Shown: positions 17,537 through 24,773 of the stretch, piece after piece
Layout: every line of letters starts with the position of its first letter
Position numbering within the stretch: the stretch's first letter is position 1
DNA from: a virus
Lineage: Duplodnaviria > Caudoviricetes
Virus record (IMG/VR): IMGVR_UViG_3300032253_000030
Location: 1-29,181 of that record
DNA length: 29,181 nucleotides
Direction: 5' to 3' (one strand)
Notes under the pieces: generated by a model
The model's database searches: none
Seen by the model: the letters and a program-made list of their open reading frames with translations, nothing else
What the model was told of the DNA's origin: nothing
Made by a program: the position numbers and the translations under genes

Positions 17537-18733
17537 TTAAACCACCAAGCTCAACCAATCTCCACCACGGATATCATCATATTTTTTGGTAGTTCTTTCA
17601 TCTTTGTGACCCAATAGTTTTTGGGTGTCTATTCCTTGTTCTTTGTAAAGTCGTTCTGATAGTGATCGAATTTCGTGAAATGTTGGGGGTTCTTTGCCTA
17701 TCCATTCTAATTCGGTTTTGTTTCGACAGCGGGTAAACATTTTTGAGATGGTGTCTTTCCAAACTGGGTCGCCTGGGTTGTTGTATGCGCGACTGAATGT
17801 GTGATGGATGATGTAGGGGGATATGGTGCCAGTAGTCTTGCATCGCTTGATTACGTCACCCACAGACAGGTTGAGTGCTTCTAATGTTAGGTTGAGTGGG
17901 ATCTTTATCATGGCCCCAGTTTTTTGCCGGGTTGCGTGGTAGTGATCGTCTTCGATAAATGAGTAGGGCATAATTTGGCTTTCGCCTTCCATGTATGCTT
18001 TCCATTGTTTGTGCCAATCGGTTTTGCGCTTGAATTGTGCCAAGGCTAGGTCTTCTCGTCCTTGTCCGGTGACGAGTGCTAGTAGCATGGCGTTGGCTTC
18101 CCAGAGGTCTTTGTGTGACGCCTGAGTGAGTATTGCGTTGAATTCGTCGATGTTGTTTAGACGGGCACGTTTAACTTTTGCGGTTGGGTTTCGGGTGGTT
18201 TCCCATACATTTGGATGATTGGGTGATAGTACTCCCTCTGACTTTGCATCTTTCCATACGTCGATCATCGTGGATCGGACAGATTGCGCCATGCGTTGTT
18301 TGTCTTGATCAGTGTAGGTTTTTAAGCAAGCGTTTGCATGTTTGACTGTAATTGTGTCCATGGGAAGTTTTCCTAGATTTGATACGACATTTTTAAGTAT
18401 GCTGAATCGTGATCTAAGAGTGTTGGGTTTTAATCCTCGTTTTATGCATATTTCCTTGTAGCTTTCTTCAAATTTTTCTAGCCGTATGGTTTTTGATTTT
18501 GGTGTAGTTTCGTCTGCAATTGCTTGGATTCGTAATTCGGCGATTTGCGCGTAGATGATTGCATTGAGTTGTCGTGCTCGTGATTTTGCTAGTGCGGCGT
18601 TATCGCCGAGTCCGTGAAAATTTCCGTTGCGAATATCTTTGTATTGCCAGTATATTTTTCCAGTGCGTTTGTCGAGGCTGCTATACAAATTGTCTACTGT
18701 GTCATTTTTGTTGTTTCGTGGGCGTGGTGACAT
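17537..18733 (-). CDS. int: Lambda-type tyrosine integrase (box I Arg apparently Gly)
   Basis: N-terminal arm-binding domain (YWQYKD...G.FHGLG); QKTG, TFHEIRSLS, LLGH and KKY motifs; box I reads TGQGREDL. Confidence 0.93.
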   Translation of the reverse strand: MSPRPRNNKNDTVDNLYSSLDKRTGKIYWQYKDIRNGNFHGLGDNAALAKSRARQLNAIIYAQIAELRIQAIADETTPKSKTIRLEKFEESYKEICIKRGLKPNTLRSRFSILKNVVSNLGKLPMDTITVKHANACLKTYTDQDKQRMAQSVRSTMIDVWKDAKSEGVLSPNHPNVWETTRNPTAKVKRARLNNIDEFNAILTQASHKDLWEANAMLLALVTGQGREDLALAQFKRKTDWHKQWKAYMEGESQIMPYSFIEDDHYHATRQKTGAMIKIPLNLTLEALNLSVGDVIKRCKTTGTISPYIIHHTFSRAYNNPGDPVWKDTISKMFTRCRNKTELEWIGKEPPTFHEIRSLSERLYKEQGIDTQKLLGHKDERTTKKYDDIRGGDWLSLVV

Positions 18734-18747
18734 GATATTCTCTTTTT

Positions 18748-18975
18748 TTAGGCTGCTTTTACACTTTGTAGTATTTTGTTGACGATTGGGTCTTCAATGG
18801 TTTCGTGGGGTTTTTGTAATCCGATATATCTAGCAGTTTCTTCCACTTGATATTTTCTGCCAACTTTTTTTGGTGGTGGGTATATTTGTCCGGTTCGCGC
18901 CCAGCTTCTCAGCGTACGAAGGCTGTGCGTTTGGCTAAATATTTTTTTATCCCATTCCTGTAATGTTATTAGCAT
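18748..18975 (-). CDS. xis: Excisionase (lambda Xis-like)
   Basis: 'MLITLQEW...TLRSWARTGQIYPPPKKVGRKY'; directly upstream of int. Confidence 0.88.
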   Translation of the reverse strand: MLITLQEWDKKIFSQTHSLRTLRSWARTGQIYPPPKKVGRKYQVEETARYIGLQKPHETIEDPIVNKILQSVKAA

Positions 18976-18981
18976 ATTATA

Positions 18982-19290
18982 TCACTCTGTGGTTGCGTGA
19001 ACTCGGATGAAACTTTTGCGTAAACCCTCTAGTATTTTGCTCCAGCCTATTCGCGCTTTCCAGGGCTTGCCGTCGGCAACTGCTTTGTATTGATCAATTC
19101 TGCCTGTGCGATATAGATTTATTTCGTGTGTGACTTCGCCGAAATCGTAATCAATGATGATTATTTTTCGACGTAAATTAGGTAGAATAGGAGGGTAGTC
19201 TGGTGCCGGCCCTTCTAGCCGTTTTTGCTCTTTGGCTTTACGCATATTGGCGTATTTTTCTGACATTTTGTTGCGCTTTTTATAAGCCAT
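18982..19290 (-). CDS. Hypothetical phage protein
   Basis: ORF in the leftward operon; AAGGT immediately before ATG at 19290. Confidence 0.65.
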   Translation of the reverse strand: MAYKKRNKMSEKYANMRKAKEQKRLEGPAPDYPPILPNLRRKIIIIDYDFGEVTHEINLYRTGRIDQYKAVADGKPWKARIGWSKILEGLRKSFIRVHATTE

Positions 19291-19317
19291 ACCTTGCACG
19301 CTCCGTATATTCTAATG

Positions 19318-19653
19318 TTATGCGTCTAATATCTTCTGACACCAAAATTCTATCTGCTCATTAAAATGTAGAGCGTGCGGGTCATTTGTGTGCAAAGGTA
19401 GCATCAAATTATATTCCCTAATATTTTCCAATGCTTCTTTATATTTGCTGATCATTTCATTTTTTTCTAAGCGTGCTTCTCTCATTCTTTCTTGAGTTTT
19501 TTGTAACTTTACCCACAAATTTTTGCAATCATCGTCCCAATCTTCGGGGGCATCCAGACGCATAACAGGCGGGTCAACCTGACCACCTAAGCTTGGGCAA
19601 TCTGGATGGCATGGCGTGCTTCCACATTCTGTGCAAATCATTCCTTCTGTCAT
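19318..19653 (-). CDS. Hypothetical protein (cassette 1); start codon lies in the attC loop
   Basis: GGAGG RBS; N-terminal CxxC...CxxxC; stop TAA is the complement of TTA at the crossover. Confidence 0.75.
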   Translation of the reverse strand: MTEGMICTECGSTPCHPDCPSLGGQVDPPVMRLDAPEDWDDDCKNLWVKLQKTQERMREARLEKNEMISKYKEALENIREYNLMLPLHTNDPHALHFNEQIEFWCQKILDA

Positions 19654-19683
19654 ATTTCCTCCGGTGGCAAGTTACCCTTAAAG
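19318..19683 (+). mobile_element. Integron-type gene cassette 1
   Basis: Begins G|TTATGCGTC; its attC R'' side reads GACGCATAAC, a perfect complement. Confidence 0.75.
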
Positions 19684-19689
19684 TTATAC
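19560..19689 (+). repeat. attC-like site (130 bp)
   Basis: GCATAAC-AGGCG-GGTCAACC-TGAC-CACC...GGTG-GCA-AGTTACC-CTTAAA-GTTATAC; 5/6-bp spacers and an extra C in L''. Confidence 0.85.
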
Positions 19690-20163
19690 GTCAGGGTTTA
19701 ATGTTCTCAATCCAATCTTTAAATCCATTAAGTATAGGCTTGATATTGGTATCATCTGACCAACCAGCAAATCCCACAAACCCATCTGGATTAAAGCTTA
19801 CAGCCTCTCGATCATCAAAATAATGCGATTTACAACGTAATCCCGCGTGTCTAATTGAACCATCTTCAAGCAAGCAAAACTTAGCTCTTTGTTTACATCG
19901 AAACGTCCCATCCATCACACCACTTTCTTTCATGCGAAGATTGATCAGATTTCTCAACTTCTGAATATTTGATTTAGTTAAATCTGCATATTTAAGTCCT
20001 GAATTGGAAAATAACTCTCTAGCATCGTCACGGGTAAACTGACGCATAACAGGCACATTGTTTTGACCTGCTACAGCGTCTGCTGTATTTGTTTCAGTGG
20101 CTTCGTTGTTTTCAGTCATTTCATTTGTCCTCAAAATTTATCGCAGGCAACACATGTTTGTCG
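19684..20163 (+). mobile_element. Integron-type gene cassette 2
   Basis: Begins G|TTATACGTC; R'' side GACGCATAAC (one mismatch). Confidence 0.75.
19691..20119 (-). CDS. Hypothetical phage protein (cassette 2); start codon lies in the attC loop
   Basis: GAGGA RBS before ATG at 20119; C-terminal 'YFDDREAVSFNPDGFVGFAGWSD'. Confidence 0.75.
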   Translation of the reverse strand: MTENNEATETNTADAVAGQNNVPVMRQFTRDDARELFSNSGLKYADLTKSNIQKLRNLINLRMKESGVMDGTFRCKQRAKFCLLEDGSIRHAGLRCKSHYFDDREAVSFNPDGFVGFAGWSDDTNIKPILNGFKDWIENIKP

Positions 20164-20169
20164 TTAGAT
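20044..20169 (+). repeat. attC-like site (126 bp)
   Basis: GCATAAC-AGGCA-CATTGTTT-TGAC-CTGC...GCAG-GCA-ACACATG-TTTGTC-GTTAGAT. Confidence 0.85.
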
Positions 20170-20637
20170 TGCCTTGTGCCTTAGTAAATTAATTTCTTTC
20201 GCCATACTTTTTGCTATATGTTTCCATTCCATTTCATTGCGAGTTACGCCATTACTAGATATAGAGGGCATATCATTAATGTGTTTAGGAATATTCCCTG
20301 TGAACTCTTCGATAACACTATTCACATCATTAAGAGGGTCAAATTTTACAGCCATATTTTTTACAATCTTGGCGTAAATCTCTTTGATGGTTGTCCATTC
20401 AATATCGTAGTTATCCAATACAACGCCACTTCCACCGCAGGTATGGCAAGTTTCTGGTTCACCTTCATCGATACCATGACAATCCCAGCAATCATTTTCA
20501 ACTTGCACTTTAAATTCACCAAGTAATAAATACTTCGCACCGTTTTCAGCAGTCAGCTCATCCGGCAATCTAACAAGCGCATTCACTCGACCTGCTACAG
20601 CTTTGGTTGTGTTACTTTCGGTGGTTTTATCTATCAT
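20164..20637 (-). CDS. Hypothetical phage protein with CxxC...CxxCxGxG Zn-finger (cassette 3)
   Basis: 'LTAENGAKYLLLGEF...CWDC...CHTCGGSG...WTTIKEIY'; AAGGA RBS in the attC loop. Confidence 0.75.
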   Translation of the reverse strand: MIDKTTESNTTKAVAGRVNALVRLPDELTAENGAKYLLLGEFKVQVENDCWDCHGIDEGEPETCHTCGGSGVVLDNYDIEWTTIKEIYAKIVKNMAVKFDPLNDVNSVIEEFTGNIPKHINDMPSISSNGVTRNEMEWKHIAKSMAKEINLLRHKAI

Positions 20638-20690
20638 ATAAATTTCCTTATATTACTTTGGTTTCAATCGCAGGCAAGTGATGCTTGTCG
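20164..20690 (+). mobile_element. Integron-type gene cassette 3
   Basis: Begins G|TTAGATTGCC; R'' side GGCAATCTAAC (perfect 11-bp complement). Confidence 0.8.
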
Positions 20691-20696
20691 TTATAC
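20568..20696 (+). repeat. attC-like site (129 bp)
   Basis: ATCTAAC-AAGCG-CATTCACT-CGAC-CTGC...GCAG-GCA-AGTGATG-CTTGTC-GTTATAC. Confidence 0.85.
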
Positions 20697-21035
20697 GTAC
20701 TCAAATTCAATTCTGTTTACTATCGTATCGGGCTTAATATCTCCGCCGTAATGATCTTGCAGCATATCAATGAAGTTTTCAGGATCGTAGTCGGGAAAAC
20801 CTTCAGCAACACAATCAGATTTTGTTATTGCATTTAATGGCTCATCTCTAATTGATATAATTTTAATCATTCCGAGGCGTTTTATTTTTTCACCTCGCTT
20901 TAACCCCATTGCTTTTTCTACACCACAAACAACATCGCCAGCTTTTAAAAATCTCCAGCCAAAACGACGAGTAACAGTTTTAGTTTTGTTTCTAAACTGT
21001 TCGGTTGTCATTGCAAAACTCATATTTCTAGGCAT
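20691..21035 (-). CDS. ASCH/PUA-like domain protein
   Basis: 'MSF...KTKTVTRR...LKAGD...IISIRDEPLNAITKSDCVAEGF...VNRIEFEY'. Confidence 0.75.
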   Translation of the reverse strand: MPRNMSFAMTTEQFRNKTKTVTRRFGWRFLKAGDVVCGVEKAMGLKRGEKIKRLGMIKIISIRDEPLNAITKSDCVAEGFPDYDPENFIDMLQDHYGGDIKPDTIVNRIEFEYV

Positions 21036-21153
21036 TGTTATTCCTTAATTCATTTATTTTGCGCCGAATTTTTCTCGATGCTTGGCGGCACATATCGGCT
21101 TTTATCTCAAATTCTTGGGCTGTGAAAATATGTGCGCCTGCTTCTTCTTTCAT
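21028..21153 (-). CDS. Small hypothetical protein, 41 aa
   Basis: AAGGGG RBS, MKEEAGAHIF...NNNA*; overlaps the next start. Confidence 0.4.
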   Translation of the reverse strand: MKEEAGAHIFTAQEFEIKADMCRQASRKIRRKINELRNNNA

Positions 21154-21176
21154 ATTTACCCCTTGCCGGATATTTG

Positions 21177-21261
21177 CCGGAACGAGCTATGAATAGTCCT
21201 GCTCAGTCCGGTGTTTTGTGTACAATTAACGTTTGTAAGTAGCTGATTCATATAGTTATAC
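21177..21261 (+). repeat. Degenerate attC-like site
   Basis: Good R' GTTATAC at 21255; only weak left-arm pairing (AAC..TATGAAT / ATTCATA..GTT). Confidence 0.35.
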
Positions 21262-21558
21262 GTCTAAAGTGCCGCACTTTTTGGAATAAAGCAGATACCT
21301 TTCCACTTTATCTCGTTTCTTTTTTATTAGATTATTTTCTTTAAATAATAAATAATTTCCACCTGCATCAAACAATTCTTCATTAATCATTTCAACCATA
21401 GCTAGCAAATCATTATATTCTTTTTGCATTCTTTCAAGATTGCTTGTTTCTAAATCACGCTGCTCATTGATGCCAAACCGTAATGCTTTGCAAGTGTCTT
21501 GATGCAGCTCAGAACATTCCTCACCAAGAATCGTTAATAAGTGCTCTAGTCTATTCAT
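21256..21558 (-). CDS. MazG-like NTP pyrophosphohydrolase-family protein
   Basis: 'LGEECSELHQ..CKALRFG...KEYNDL' EExxE...ExxD pattern. Confidence 0.6.
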   Translation of the reverse strand: MNRLEHLLTILGEECSELHQDTCKALRFGINEQRDLETSNLERMQKEYNDLLAMVEMINEELFDAGGNYLLFKENNLIKKKRDKVERYLLYSKKCGTLDV

Positions 21559-21639
21559 ATCCTGTTTCCTGTTAGTTCACGACGCATAACAACGGCATAG
21601 AGAGCGACAAGATAAAGCGTTGCGCCTCATGCGCGAACG
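21256..21639 (+). mobile_element. Integron-type gene cassette (MazG-like gene)
   Basis: Begins G|TTATACGTC; R'' side GACGCATAAC. Confidence 0.75.
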
Positions 21640-21645
21640 TTAGAT
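21584..21645 (+). repeat. attC-like site (62 bp)
   Basis: GCATAAC-AACGG-CATAGAGA-GCGAC...GTTGC-G-CCTCATG-CGCGAAC-GTTAGAT. Confidence 0.85.
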
Positions 21646-21646
21646 G

Positions 21647-21892
21647 TCACTCAGGCTTCAACATCTCTAAAACCAATTTCAATGCGCCGTGGCAATTTTT
21701 AGTTTTAAATCTCTGTGCCATTTCTAAAGCTAAGATGATATTCAGCATTTTCTCAGTGCTAGCATTCCATTTTCCACTGTCTTCAAGTTTTTTCCATGCT
21801 CGATACGGCTCTTTCCCGCCGATTAGAATTTTTCCGCACTCTGTGGGCGAGAGGCCCAATGCCTCCCGCACGTCTTTTGCTTTGTTAGTCAT
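21647..21892 (-). CDS. HTH (XRE/Cro-like) protein
   Basis: 'AKDVREALGLSPTECGKIL...YRAWKKLE.SG'. Confidence 0.65.
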   Translation of the reverse strand: MTNKAKDVREALGLSPTECGKILIGGKEPYRAWKKLEDSGKWNASTEKMLNIILALEMAQRFKTKNCHGALKLVLEMLKPE

Positions 21893-22316
21893 TATTTGGC
21901 TCTATTTCTCCATTTTTAAGCAACTGCATAAGTCTTTTAAATTCAATTTTTGCAGATGACCACGCTTCATCGTGTAGTTTGTCGATCACCGAGCTATCGT
22001 AATTGCAAAATTCTTCTAGTTCGCTTGACTCGTCTGCATCGTAACCGTATGAGCTTGCCGTTGTTACATCATATCCAGAATAATTTTTCATTCCGTTGTT
22101 TCGCTCTTCCGGCTGAAAAGCGACTGTAAATGATTTTTTTTCTTCTTTTTGATTTGTCACTTCCACTGCAAATTGATAGGTCCAATCGCCTAGCCCCAAG
22201 CTAGTATCATTCCCATAATCCCCGCACCCACCTAGCCTTGTTAAGTAGCGACCTGCACCGTAGTGATCTGCGTTAAATTCTTCTTCATTTATTATTTCAA
22301 ATTTACAGTTTTCCAT
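21885..22316 (-). CDS. Acidic hypothetical protein
   Basis: AAGGAG RBS; 143 aa; overlaps the HTH gene. Confidence 0.75.
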   Translation of the reverse strand: MENCKFEIINEEEFNADHYGAGRYLTRLGGCGDYGNDTSLGLGDWTYQFAVEVTNQKEEKKSFTVAFQPEERNNGMKNYSGYDVTTASSYGYDADESSELEEFCNYDSSVIDKLHDEAWSSAKIEFKRLMQLLKNGEIEPNND

Positions 22317-22364
22317 ATTTATCTCTCCTTTTTTGTTTCGGCCTTATTGCCAATCCATATAAAG

Positions 22365-22395
22365 AGTATATGCCTTCAAGTCATATATTGAAAGG
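22365..22395 (-). promoter_or_regulatory. Cassette-internal sigma70 promoter with overlapping inverted repeat
   Basis: Minus strand TTTCAA-17-TATACT; CCTTCAA...TTGAAAGG inverted repeat at 22373-22395. Confidence 0.5.
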
Positions 22396-22441
22396 ATTAT
22401 TTTCATTTATTTTAAACTAAATTCAAGTCCGAAAAGTGAGC

Positions 22442-22499
22442 ATCTAACACTCACATAAAACGGACGCGGAAATCGCGTCGCTTATGTTAAAAGTTATAT
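22442..22499 (+). repeat. attC-like site (58 bp)
   Basis: ATCTAAC-ACTCA-CATAAAAC-GGAC-GCGGAAATCGC-GTC-GCTTATG-TTAAAA-GTTATAT. Confidence 0.88.
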
Positions 22500-23081
22500 T
22501 GCATCTTTTCTTATCATGATTTTCTGTTCTAAATTTGGCCCTAAATGGGGTGCTGGTTTCCAGTGTGTTACGTATAATTTTTTTCTGGATACTTCATTGA
22601 ATTTGTCATCAATCTCAAAGTAAGCTGTAAAACTTTTACCGTCATATTGTCCGAGAACGAGGGTTAATCCCATTCCGTGGTCTGGACACCAAAGCAGTAG
22701 GTCGTTTATGTCGCAGCTTGGTGTGGGGTATCGATCGGTTAGTGGTATCCAGCCTTCAAGTTCATTGGGTGTTTTAGTTTTTTTAATTGTATTTTTCGGA
22801 AGTGGTAAACTTTGCCAGCGGTAATGGCAGCACCGGAATGTGTAGTCGATATGGTCTTTTATGGTTTCCCAGTAATGACACTGACCTGTGGTGTATTTGT
22901 TGGGTTTTTTATCGTAACCAATGCTGTCAACTTGGCTTCCTTTATTTCTGAATGTTTTGTTAACATTTTGGCTGCCACATTTTGAGCAGGCTATATCGCA
23001 TGGCAATTTGGCAGGGTTGATGGTCTGATTGTTGTTTTTTGCATTGGAGTTTCCGCCAATGTAATTGATGTTTTCTTTCAT
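22494..23081 (-). CDS. Hypothetical phage protein: Zn-ribbon-like N-half plus DUF551-like C-half
   Basis: CSKCGS...CCHYRW; 'GWIPLTDRYP...VTHWKPAP'; AGGTGA RBS before ATG at 23081. Confidence 0.65.
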   Translation of the reverse strand: MKENINYIGGNSNAKNNNQTINPAKLPCDIACSKCGSQNVNKTFRNKGSQVDSIGYDKKPNKYTTGQCHYWETIKDHIDYTFRCCHYRWQSLPLPKNTIKKTKTPNELEGWIPLTDRYPTPSCDINDLLLWCPDHGMGLTLVLGQYDGKSFTAYFEIDDKFNEVSRKKLYVTHWKPAPHLGPNLEQKIMIRKDAI

Positions 23082-23110
23082 AATTTCACCTAACAATATG
23101 TATTCTGTAG

Positions 23111-23623
23111 TTAACCAACAACATATCCAATACGATCAATTTCCCTTGGTTTGTTGGATATTTCTTTTCGCGGAAACTGCGGGCTGTTTTCTATTTCTTT
23201 TTTTCGCTTACGTAAAAAATTATCAAGTGTTGTGATTATTTTTGCTGGATTGCCACAGCAAACTACGTTTGATGGGATGTCTTTTGTGACAACTGATCCT
23301 GCACCGATTATGACGTTATTGCCAATTTGTACGTCTGGTAATATTTTTGATCCCGCACCAATAAACACTTTATTTCCGATTGTTGTTTTTGCGAATTTTG
23401 TTACATTCATAAATTTTGCTGTGCTGGCATCGTGTGTAATAATCATTACTCTAGGGGCGAGGGTAACATCATCGCCGATGGTGATATATTTTGTGTGACC
23501 AAGGTCGATAAATACGCCTTGTAGCATGTCAAAGTTTTTACCGACTGTCAGGCCAAGTTTTTTTAATTCTTTTACTGGGTTCATTCGGTATTTAAGTCGC
23601 CAGTATGATTTTTTTAAGTTCAT
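23111..23623 (-). CDS. Hexapeptide-repeat (LbH) O-acyltransferase
   Basis: 'ITIGDDVTLAPRVMIITHD...IGNKVFIGAGSKILPDVQIGNNVIIGAGSVVTKDIP...GNPAK'. Confidence 0.9.
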   Translation of the reverse strand: MNLKKSYWRLKYRMNPVKELKKLGLTVGKNFDMLQGVFIDLGHTKYITIGDDVTLAPRVMIITHDASTAKFMNVTKFAKTTIGNKVFIGAGSKILPDVQIGNNVIIGAGSVVTKDIPSNVVCCGNPAKIITTLDNFLRKRKKEIENSPQFPRKEISNKPREIDRIGYVVG

Positions 23624-23737
23624 TTTTTTGTCCTTATTAGTGTCAGCTGGTAATTTTTGTATCTTAATCGGTATCCGGCGTCGCTTAACATGAATAGGTC
23701 GCTGAGTTTTGTTTTTGGATTGATTTCGATTGTCATG

Positions 23738-23896
23738 TTATGCCTCGATGTGGTCTGTGTTTTCCAGTTCTATGCAGAGTTTTAACTGGATTGATTTTTT
23801 GTGTGTTAGTTGGATATTTATGATGTTGATTTCGTTTGGTATGAGCAACTGTGCGCAGAGTTGCACAGTTGTCCATAGGTTTTTAATGTTTTGCAT
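23738..23896 (-). CDS. Small hypothetical protein, 52 aa
   Basis: MQNIKNLW...DHIEA*, GTGGGG upstream; fills a gap in the operon. Confidence 0.4.
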   Translation of the reverse strand: MQNIKNLWTTVQLCAQLLIPNEINIINIQLTHKKSIQLKLCIELENTDHIEA

Positions 23897-23960
23897 TTTA
23901 ATGTCCCCACATTCCGTTGCGGTGGCTTTTTGCCTGTTATTATTGTTAGGTTGTTCATGT

Positions 23961-24773
23961 TTAGAGTACTGCCACCAAGAATAGGCCGGTTTCGTTCATG
24001 CCTGATTTGACTTTTTCTATGATGTCGTTAACGGCGGCTTCGTGTGTAACGTGTGGTTCGATGAGTTCATACCACATGGTAAGTTGGCCTTCGCCGCTGA
24101 TACGGTAGCGAAATAAAGCATCAAGTTTGTAAGCATCGCCGTTTTGAAATAATCGAACACCGATTGTGATTTGCTGCGGAATTTCCAATTTTCCACTTTG
24201 TCCTGCTTTACTTTGGACGGTTTCTTCAAAGTGAAATTGGGTTTCGCCATTATCGAGCCGTGTGCCTGATTTGAAGTCGACGTTTTTTTTGCTTTCGAGT
24301 GTTTTTGCAATTTCCAGCATTTTTGCGCCTTCGGGCTCGATGATGGTTTTTTGGTTTTGTTCAATAAATCTGGCAAAATCGACCTGATCCATTGTCGTGC
24401 AGTCATTTTTTTTCCAGTTGCGCCATTCTTCTGTGATAGGGCAGTTGTAGGTGGCTTCATGGTCGCGGTTTTCTGCCTGACCATCGGCTTTGTGGTAGTC
24501 GATGGTCGCTAGGAATTTCGCTTTTTCGATGTCGCATTCGATGATGGAATCTTCGGTGGCGAAGCGGTTGTAATAGGCGATGAAGCTTTCTACGTCGCCA
24601 AGTTTGCGATCTGCTTTGATGCGCAATGGACGTTCGAGTAATTCTTTATGTAGGTCAATTTCTAGGTCTTTGTGATGAACAAATGCGGGAATGCCTTTTA
24701 CGTCGATTTGTTCGAATTTGCTTGCCTGTCCCGCTTTGATGCAAGTTTCTGCGATGTTTTTTTCCTGTTCCAT
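23961..24773 (-). CDS. DUF2303 (YfdQ-like) family protein
   Basis: 'VESFIAY...IDYH...H.A.Y....T.EW..W...MDQVDFARFIE...L..GE.QF...FRYR'. Confidence 0.85.
   Translation of the reverse strand: MEQEKNIAETCIKAGQASKFEQIDVKGIPAFVHHKDLEIDLHKELLERPLRIKADRKLGDVESFIAYYNRFATEDSIIECDIEKAKFLATIDYHKADGQAENRDHEATYNCPITEEWRNWKKNDCTTMDQVDFARFIEQNQKTIIEPEGAKMLEIAKTLESKKNVDFKSGTRLDNGETQFHFEETVQSKAGQSGKLEIPQQITIGVRLFQNGDAYKLDALFRYRISGEGQLTMWYELIEPHVTHEAAVNDIIEKVKSGMNETGLFLVAVL

Larger units (their letters stand above)
21640..22493 (+). mobile_element. Integron-type two-gene cassette with its own promoter
   Basis: Begins G|TTAGATGTCAC; R'' side GTGAgCATCTAAC (complement with a 1-nt insertion). Confidence 0.75.

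Noticed and set aside
17537-18733. Integrase as the IntI serving the attC array
   Set aside because: It has a lambda-type arm-binding N-domain, an adjacent xis and a matching attP. Its insertion lies before the catalytic Lys rather than at the IntI-specific position.
19560-20696. Hairpins as simple rho-independent terminators or CRISPR repeats
   Set aside because: No U-tracts, long imperfect stems with attC box geometry, gene-sized intervening segments and non-identical repeats. An additional RNA-level role is not excluded.
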